Shown: positions 56,046 to 64,000 of the stretch, piece by piece
Layout: each line of letters opens with the position of its first letter
Numbering within the stretch: position 1 is the stretch's first letter
Assembly (NCBI RefSeq): GCF_009914755.1
Contig: NC_060939.1
Origin: the human T2T-CHM13v2.0 reference genome, Homo sapiens
DNA: 64,000 nt
Strand: one strand, 5' to 3'
Position numbers and translations under genes: made by a program
Notes under the pieces: generated by a model
The model's database searches: none
What the model saw: only the letters and a program-made list of their open reading frames with translations
Told to the model about the DNA's origin: nothing

Positions 56046-56103
56046 ATGGTGGATATTATTTTTCATTATCCTTTTCTGGGTGCTATGGGTGATCATTCCA
56101 AGA
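56046..56103 (+). CDS. ISL2: ISL2 exon 1 coding part (MVDIIFHYPFLGAMGDHSK)
   Basis: ATG at 56046; donor AGA|gtaagt. Confidence 0.95.
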
Positions 56104-56940
56104 GTAAGTATTTCTGTGTGTGTGTGGGGTGGGGTGTGTGTGTATGCTTAATATGCAAAATTTCTAATGCAGAAAAATGTTTAGTGGATTCTACAAGTGG
56201 CTTCTATTTGTCAGAATAGTTTAGGAGAGGAAAAACGAATGCATGTCTCCTGCAGGACTGCTTATCTTTGGGAATCCTGTTGTTTTATTTTATAAGTAAA
56301 CACTATTTCTCAAGCCGGCTAGGATGACTTCGGGCTGCGAAATCTGCTTCTGTTTTGCGCAAAGGCAATTAGGTTTGATTTAGGGATGTGGGTTTTTTTT
56401 TTTTTTGGTTGTTGTTTGTTTGCCTTTCGGGTTTTCAAAGCTAGGAAGCTTTCTTTCGCTTGCTCTGGGATATTTAAACTAAGAAATGTCTGAGAGGATG
56501 AGCGGGGACTGCCGAAAGACGATGTGTCTGTGTTGGGATAGGAGGCAGCCGCTGTGAGTGGGAGTGTGTGAGCGGAAATGCCAGGACAGCACCGTTAGGT
56601 GTTGATATCCAGGCGTCCGCAGTGCCTGTGTATTTACTCTCTTCTTAGTTTCGTGTTTGCGTTTAGTTTCAAGACACGTCGACAAAACGACTGTCATTAA
56701 TGAATGTAATAACGAAATATTTGGGGTGGGGGACAGAAGAAACCTTCAGCAATCCACAAGATACTGGTTTTTCGTTTCCAATGCCCTGGACCTTTAGAGA
56801 GCTCATCATCTTTCCTTATGGTCGCAAGTCTTGAAAGAAAGAGCAAGAGAGCGAGCGGGTTGGGTTGGGGCTGGAGTAGCCGAGGCCGGCCTGGGTCCGG
56901 GCAGTCAGGCCTGACGCGGCCCCGCGCCCTTCCCCGGCAG

Positions 56941-57130
56941 AGAAGCCCGGGACGGCCATGTGCGTGGGCTGCGGGAGTCAGATCCACGACCAGTTTATCC
57001 TGCGGGTGTCGCCCGACCTCGAGTGGCACGCGGCCTGCCTCAAGTGTGCCGAGTGCAGCCAGTACCTGGACGAGACGTGCACGTGCTTCGTGAGAGACGG
57101 GAAGACCTACTGCAAGCGGGACTACGTCAG
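56941..57130 (+). CDS. ISL2: ISL2 exon 2 (LIM1: [32 protein letters not shown]...YCKRDY)
   Basis: ggcag|AG ... CAG|gtgagg; 190 nt; LIM Cys/His spacing. Confidence 0.97.
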
Positions 57131-57414
57131 GTGAGGCCGGCGGGAACGCGGGCTGGGCCACCGCGCGCAGGGGCCGGGGCCGGGACTGGGGATGGCGGCC
57201 TGCCCGCGCGCCCCGGCCCTGCCCAGGGAGAAGGCCATCCGCATCCCGCACGGGTGCCGCAGCGCTCCCCCGGGCCCGGGAATGCCCGCAGGCGGGTCAC
57301 CGCAGTCTCCTGGTGGCCACAAAGTGTCCTGGGCGCGCGCCGGAGCCGTAGCAGCCAGGGAGATGAGGGCGGCCGCAGGCCCAGCGCTGACACCGCCGCA
57401 CCTTGGGCCCGCAG

Positions 57415-57677
57415 GCTGTTCGGCATCAAGTGCGCCAAGTGCCAGGTGGGCTTCAGCAGCAGCGACCTGGTGATGAGGGCGCGGGACAGCGTGTACCACA
57501 TCGAGTGCTTCCGCTGCTCCGTGTGCAGCCGCCAGCTGCTGCCTGGGGACGAGTTCTCGCTGCGGGAGCACGAGCTGCTCTGCCGCGCCGACCACGGCCT
57601 CCTGCTCGAGCGCGCCGCGGCCGGCAGCCCGCGCAGCCCCGGCCCGCTTCCCGGCGCCCGCGGCCTGCATCTGCCCG
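57415..57677 (+). CDS. ISL2: ISL2 exon 3 (LIM2: [37 protein letters not shown]...CRADH)
   Basis: cgcag|G ... CCG|gtaagc; 263 nt; seen in ORF 56960..57736. Confidence 0.97.
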
Positions 57678-59438
57678 GTAAGCGCGCCGGGGCCTGTGCC
57701 GGGGTGAGCGGGGTGTATGTGCGTGCGTGTGTGTAGGGGTACGCTTGTGTCCCTAACGAGAAGTTGTCAGTTGTGTGTGGTTCCGTCTGCCGGGATAGTG
57801 TTTTTCTGTATCAGTGCGGAACTGTGTGCTGGGAACAAGGCTGTGTGTGTTCTCGTGTGCTCGGGAGAAACTGCGTGTGTATGAGTGTGTGAGCACGGAG
57901 AATTGTGCAGAATCGTGTTCTCCATGACCAGGAACATGCAGGGCACAGTGCTAGGAGCAGAAGAGTGGATGACAACAGGGAATCTTAAGTGGTGTCCGTC
58001 TTGGGGCTTGTATTAGGAATTTCTTGGAGGAATATGTGTTATTGTCAGAGGGTAAGGTTTGCCCAGGGGTATGTGTGTAAGTAACACAGCTCCAAACTGG
58101 GAGCTGGGCAGGAGCTTGGTCAGCCAGGAGCCAAGAACCCAACAAAGAGGGGTTTTTGCCATCTTGTTTTGAGGCCCAGTTTGATGAACAATTTAGCCAG
58201 GTTCTTCTGGGGGAGGGGGAGTATCAATGCATAGTGGACTGTCACTGGAATATTCTGGGTCCTAATCAGCAGCTGCCCAGAGATGGGGTCTGAGTGTATA
58301 ATGGGCAGGTACGGCTGAACAGAAACAGAGGTGCCTCCACCCCAGGCAAGGCAGTTTCCCCCAGGTAGCCATAGGCCTGCAGCACAGATCCGCAGACCAG
58401 GCTGGGCCTCTGGGTGCTGTGTGGCCTTGCCCCGCTCCTCCCCTCTCTGGATCTTCACTTCCTCCCTATAGAAAGAGGAAACTGGGCTGGATGGGCTATT
58501 TGTAAATATTTGTCCAGACCTAGAAATTCGTAGAGGGGAACATAAACCGAAATGGTGCAGTACAGATCCACGGTATATATGGGTCGGGATCAAATGGAGA
58601 TGTGAAATGGGAGCAAGCGGGTATTCAGTGCACCCCCATCTGGGATCTCGGAGAGGCTCCCCTTTGTTTGTTTCGGGCTTCAGGGTGCAGGCTCTGGAAT
58701 CAGTCACTGTTTCCCCGGGATGGAGAGAACCTGGGGCCAAGCGAGGAGAGTGCCAGCGGCTGCTCAGCACCTTGGTCGGTGGGAGGCCACTGGGCTGGGG
58801 AACCTGGAGCCTTGAGGAAGGAGACAGGGGCCGAAGCCCAAGGGCGGGCAGGAAGGAACTGTTGCAAGCCCTGGAGGCCCGTCCATAACCGTGGATGAGT
58901 CTTCTACACATGTGGCCTGGCCCTGTCCAAATGGGCTCTGAAGGAGGGGAAGGGCCCTCGTAGGCCCCCGGCATATTCGCACCTCCCACCCAGTCCCCTG
59001 GGCAGCGCCTCGCCCTGGGTCCACGTCGGTCCCTTTCCCTCTCCAGAGTCCTGGGCAAGCCTCTTTCCTCTTCCTCTGAAACTCCGACTTCTTCCGGAGG
59101 GCTTCGCTCGTTCCGAGGGTCCTGCGACTGGAGGAGGCACATCCCTGAGCAGCCACTCCCTCCCCGCAGCGGCCTGTCGCCGAGCTCCCGCGCCCTGCTT
59201 GAGCTCGGGAGAGATCGCTGCGGGGCAGTCCGGCCCGGGAGCGAGAGAAAGAACGAAAATGCACAGCTCTCTCCGAGTAAGGCGAACAGATGGAGAGGAA
59301 GACGAACAGTTAAACGAAACAAACAGAATAAAACAGAAACGAAATCGGGCCCCGGGGGGCTGGGCCACCCGGAGGTTGGGCTCGGGGCGGGTGGGTGGCG
59401 GCCCCTCGCTAACCTCTGGCCTCACCCTGTCCTGGCAG

Positions 59439-59722
59439 ACGCTGGGTCGGGCCGGCAGCCCGCGTTGCGCCCGCACGTGCACAAGCAGACGGAGAAGACG
59501 ACCCGCGTGCGGACTGTGCTGAACGAGAAGCAGCTGCACACTCTGCGGACCTGCTACGCCGCCAACCCGCGGCCCGACGCTCTCATGAAGGAGCAGCTGG
59601 TGGAGATGACCGGCCTGAGCCCGCGGGTCATCCGCGTCTGGTTCCAGAACAAGCGCTGCAAGGACAAGAAGAAATCCATTCTCATGAAGCAGCTGCAGCA
59701 GCAGCAGCACAGCGACAAGACG
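59439..59722 (+). CDS. ISL2: ISL2 exon 4 (homeodomain [12 protein letters not shown]...[11 protein letters not shown])
   Basis: ggcag|AC ... ACG|gtgagc; 284 nt; seen in ORF 59465..60103. Confidence 0.98.
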
Positions 59723-60296
59723 GTGAGCGGCCGCTGGGCCGGAGGCTCGAGTCGGGTGGGGGCTGCGCTTCCGCCGCGGTATCTGCGTGCCCTTTTCTGG
59801 GCGAGCCCTGGGAGATCCAGGGAGAACTGGGCGCTCCAGATGGTGTATGTCTGTACCTTCACAGCAAGGCTTCCCTTGGATTTGAGGCTTCCTATTTTGT
59901 CTGGGATCGGGGTTTCTCCTTGTCCCAGTGGCAGCCCCGCGTTGCGGGTTCCGGGCGCTGCGCGGAGCCCAAGGCTGCATGGCAGTGTGCAGCGCCCGCC
60001 AGTCGGGCTGGTGGGTTGTGCACTCCGTCGGCAGCTGCAGAAAGGTGGGAGTGCAGGTCTTGCCTTTCCTCACCGGGCGGTTGGCTTCCAGCACCGAGGC
60101 TGACCTATCGTGGCAAGTTTGCGGCCCCCGCAGATCCCCAGTGGAGAAAGAGGGCTCTTCCGATGCGATCGAGTGTGCGCCTCCCCGCAAAGCAATGCAG
60201 ACCCTAAATCACTCAAGGCCTGGAGCTCCAGTCTCAAAGGTGGCAGAAAAGGCCAGACCTAACTCGAGCACCTACTGCCTTCTGCTTGCCCCGCAG

Positions 60297-60464
60297 AGCC
60301 TTCAGGGACTGACTGGGACGCCCCTGGTGGCGGGCAGTCCCATCCGCCATGAGAACGCCGTGCAGGGCAGCGCAGTGGAGGTGCAGACGTACCAGCCGCC
60401 GTGGAAGGCGCTCAGCGAGTTTGCCCTCCAGAGCGACCTGGACCAACCCGCCTTCCAACAGCTG
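60297..60464 (+). CDS. ISL2: ISL2 exon 5 ([15 protein letters not shown]...QPAFQQL; LHX3/4-binding LID)
   Basis: cgcag|AGC ... CTG|gtgagg; 168 nt. Confidence 0.96.
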
Positions 60465-60881
60465 GTGAGGCCCTGCCCTACCCGCCCCGACCTCGGGACT
60501 CTGCGGGTTGGGGATTTAGCCACTTAGCCTGGCAGAGAGGGGAGGGGGTGGCCTTGGGCTGAGGGGCTGGGTACAGCCCTAGGCGGTGGGGGAGGGGGAA
60601 CAGTGGCGGGCTCTGAAACCTCACCTCGGCCCATTACGCGCCCTAAACCAGGTCTCCCTGGATTAAAGTGCTCACAAGAGAGGTCGCAGGATTAACCAAC
60701 CCGCTCCCCCGCCCTAATCCCCCCCTCGTGCGCCTGGGGACCTGGCCTCCTTCTCCGCAGGGCTTGCTCTCAGCTGGCGGCCGGTCCCCAAGGGACACTT
60801 TCCGACTCGGAGCACGCGGCCCTGGAGCACCAGCTCGCGTGCCTCTTCACCTGCCTCTTCCCGGTGTTTCCGCCGCCCCAG

Positions 60882-60998
60882 GTCTCCTTCTCCGAGTCCG
60901 GCTCCCTAGGCAACTCCTCCGGCAGCGACGTGACCTCCCTGTCCTCGCAGCTCCCGGACACCCCCAACAGTATGGTGCCGAGTCCCGTGGAGACGTGA
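60882..60998 (+). CDS. ISL2: ISL2 exon 6 coding part ([38 protein letters not shown])
   Basis: cccag|GTC; TGA at 60996-60998. Confidence 0.96.
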   Translation, partial: VSFSESGSLGNSSGSDVTSLSSQLPDTPNSMVPSPVET

Positions 60999-61617
60999 GG
61001 GGGACCCCTCCCTGCCAGCCCGCGGACCTCGCATGCTCCCTGCATGAGACTCACCCATGCTCAGGCCATTCCAGTTCCGAAAGCTCTCTCGCCTTCGTAA
61101 TTATTCTATTGTTATTTATGAGAGAGTACCGAGAGACACGGTCTGGACAGCCCAAGGCGCCAGGATGCAACCTGCTTTCACCAGACTGCAGACCCCTGCT
61201 CCGAGGACTCTTAGTTTTTCAAAACCAGAATCTGGGACTTACCAGGGTTAGCTCTGCCCTCTCCTCTCCTCTCTACGTGGCCGCCGCTCTGTCTCTCCAC
61301 GCCCCACCTGTGTCCCCATCTCGGCCGGCCCGGAGCTCGCCCACGCGGACCCCCGCCCTGCCCCAGCTCAGCGCTCCCTGGCGGCTTCGCCCGGGCTCCT
61401 AGCGGGGAAAAGGAAGGGGATAACTCAGAGGAACAGACACTCAAACTCCCAAAGCGCATGATTGCTGGGAAACAGTAGAAACCAGACTTGCCTTGAAAGT
61501 GTTTAAGTTATTCGACGGAGGACAGAGTATGTGAGCCTTTGCCGAACAAACAAACGTAAGTTATTGTTATTTATTGTGAGAACAGCCAGTTCATAGTGGG
61601 ACTTGTATTTTGATCTT

Positions 61618-61623
61618 AATAAA
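61618..61623 (+). terminator. ISL2: ISL2 polyadenylation signal AATAAA
   Basis: First AATAAA after the stop, at the end of an AU-rich block, with UGUA just upstream. Confidence 0.8.
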
Positions 61624-61639
61624 AAATAATAACCCGGGG

Positions 61640-62450
61640 CGACGCCACTCCTCTGTGCTGTTGGCGCGGCGGGAGGGCCGGCGGAGGCCAGTTCAGGGGT
61701 CAGGCTGGCGTCGGCTGCCGGGGCTCCGCGTGCTGCGGGCGGGGCGGGCCCGGTGGGGATTGGGCGCGGCCGAGGGGGTGGGGCTGGGCGCATGCGCGCT
61801 GAGGGCCCTCCCAGAAGCAGGAGCGCCCCATTGGCGACCCCTGGGCACCTGGCGGCCCAGGCCCGCGGGCAGGAGGCGGGACCCGTTTGGGCGGGAAACC
61901 TGCGGCACTTGTGGCGGTTGAGCGGCGGACTCCGGCCTAGGGTTATGCGGGCGAGGGCGCGCCCCGCTCCCGGAACCAGCCTTGGCCTGGCGCCTGCCGA
62001 GCCCCGAGCCCCACTCTCGCTCGGCGCCGCGGGCCCTCCCGGCGCTTCCTTCCCCAGCGGTCCGCGGCCCTGGGTGAGGCTCGAAGCCCCGCGCGCTGCC
62101 CCTGGCCCTGCAGCACAGCAGTGAGGCCAACCCCGGCCAGAGCGGGCGGCCGTGACGGGCCGTGCCCCGCGCTGTCCCCGGAGTGGATGCGCGACGTGAT
62201 CAATCCGCGGCATTTATTAATTCCACAGTCTAGACAGAGGCGGGGGCCGGGCGGCGGCTGCTTATCTGCGTTTGGCATCACCTGCAAGCGATACACCGAG
62301 GGGCCGCAACGAGCCCCCGCTAGGAGCGCGGCTGCCGGGAAAATAAGTCCACCCAGAACCAGTCTGGCGTGTCCTTGGTTTATTTTCTTTCCAGACCGAA
62401 GTGGAGGGGGTCGGGGGTGGCCCGGGTGGGAGGGAGCTGGGAATGGCCCC
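61640..62450. promoter_or_regulatory. CpG island with promoter motifs immediately 3' of ISL2
   Basis: GC box 61741; ATTGG at 61759 and 61830; NRF1 palindrome GCGCATGCGC 61788-61797; E2F GGCGGGAAA 61890-61898. Confidence 0.65.
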
Positions 62451-64000
62451 TGGATATGCCGTGCCCAGGTCACTTGGTGTGACATTTCAAACCCCTGCGA
62501 CTTGTTTTCTTGAAAACTGGCTTTAGTGATCGCAGGAAATAACCGAGAGATACTGAATCTCCAGTAGGCCTCCGGGCAACCGCGCATACACAAAAACAAA
62601 AAACCCCAAAAGAAAGAAAGAAAAAAAACCCACGGAGGCTCAGGTTTTACTCTTTACAAATATTTAACCCTTTGGCAGCCTGGGACAGTTCTTTTCCAAG
62701 ACCAGCCTTCACTTAGTGGACTGAGGGAGCTTCCCGACTACCAGTTAGTCCACCGCTGTTGTAAGAACATCTGGCGTTGAGTTGTCGTTTCCCTGTCCCT
62801 CGAGTTAAGCGACCCACAAGCATATCCTTCTTTGTCCAAGGTTTGTTTTGAAAGTGGGCAACGCCCTAACTGGGTAGGGGATAGTTGCCATCTTAGCTTA
62901 GGTAGGGGCTGGCAAGGAAAACGTGTCTGGGGGGCCCTGTAGTCTTCAGATAGAAAAGTAGGTGCCTTCTGTTAGCCATGGCTGCTTGGATGGCCAAAGG
63001 CCACTGTGGGTTTTTCAGCAGCGCTTTTAGCAGAATTCCTTCACACTGCCCCCACCCCACTTGCAGATGATGGAAGGCTTGCTGGCAATTACTGAAAGAA
63101 AATGGGAGGTGGGAAAATGGAGCTGCATTTATATTTTACTTCCTGAATGTCAAGGTGATGCTGGCACAAATATTAAAGGGAACATTCCCCTTCTTTGGGA
63201 TATAGGAAATGCTGCTGCAAACTTAGAGATAAGGGAAGAGATATGCAGAGTTAATGAGGACCAGCTTTACCTCTCAAGTGCCCAGAAATGGCTTTAATAA
63301 TCAGGTCTGGGTTCTTTGAGGCTTCCTTTCTTTAACTTAGACCATTCCTTCCCAACAGAAATACAGATTTCTCCTTTTACCTTCTGGCTGGCCATTAGAT
63401 AGGGGGCTAAAACTTCGAATAAATCTCACTGTCAAAAACTTTTGATTTATCCAGAATATTTGGGTTTTCTCATTTTTTTTAAAAAGGAAATAACAGGTTA
63501 TTGAATAAAGAATTTCATTAATGGTTAATTAGCTCTGAATTTTTGCTTTTGACAGATTGCAGCGTTTTAACGCTATGAATGGAAACGTCTACATTAGTTA
63601 TCTCAACATCTAATTAGTTATCTCTTTCCTCATCATCCATGAATCAAAAATCAAATTCCTCTTTTTGTTATTTATATGATTGTGTCTGTCTTTTTTGAAT
63701 ATTGGGAAGTTACCTAGATAAAAGTGGTTATTGTGTGTTAAGATTCCTGCATCTCTCTGTATCACTGTACAAAACATTACAAGCTTTTCTCTTCCATAGT
63801 TGCTACCCACCCAAAGGGGTGCATCGTTTTCTATGTGGGTTTCCAGGGAAAGGATTCAACTCTGAAGCCTTATTACAGTGGTCCCTAGTGAGGTGTCACA
63901 TCTACGCTTGGTTAGTTACATTAATAAATATCAGTTTTACGGGTTCCCAAGTCATCTTTAAACATCTTTTGTAATACAGTAGGGATTTCCCCATAAATTA

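Larger units (their letters stand above)
56046..60998 (+). other. ISL2: ISL2 gene span (complete CDS, 6 exons, 359 aa LIM-homeodomain transcription factor)
   Basis: 58+190+263+284+168+117 = 1080 nt in frame: two LIM domains, homeodomain with WFQNKR, LHX3-binding region, C-terminus SPVET*. Confidence 0.98.

Noticed and set aside
58120-60190. Long minus-strand ORFs of 400 aa and 428 aa
   Set aside because: Pro/Arg/Gly-rich with no recognisable domain. They lie antisense to GC-rich ISL2 exon 4 and its introns, where stop codons are rare, so they are shadow ORFs.
61503-62599. 236-aa and 218-aa minus-strand ORFs
   Set aside because: CpG-island low-complexity translations with no homology that I recognise.

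Overview
Alu-dense primate genomic DNA, recognisable as the human ETFA-ISL2 interval (15q24). Minus strand: ETFA exons 1-8 (codons 1-244 plus 1 nt; the gene continues left of the window), with a CpG-island promoter at ~30.5 kb. Plus strand: the complete six-exon ISL2 LIM-homeodomain gene (CDS 56046-60998, 1080 nt, 359 aa; AATAAA at 61618). The two genes are divergent and ~25 kb apart. The spacer holds Alu, L1, L2, MIR, MaLR and MER91 repeats, a decayed ERV-L pol/IN/dUTPase remnant, and a few repeat-free homeobox-motif-rich blocks that look like enhancers. Almost all ORFs in the supplied track are Alu/L1 or GC-rich shadows. I see no novel protein-coding system. The best leads are regulatory or structural: a full promoter motif set just behind the ISL2 poly(A) signal with strong antisense splice donors; UG-flanked cryptic splice sites in ISL2; a retained ISL1-beta-type alternative acceptor; a PPRE and several ERREs at ETFA; and two inverted Alus sharing the same 24-nt deletion. 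Repeat boundaries and subfamily calls were made by eye and are approximate.
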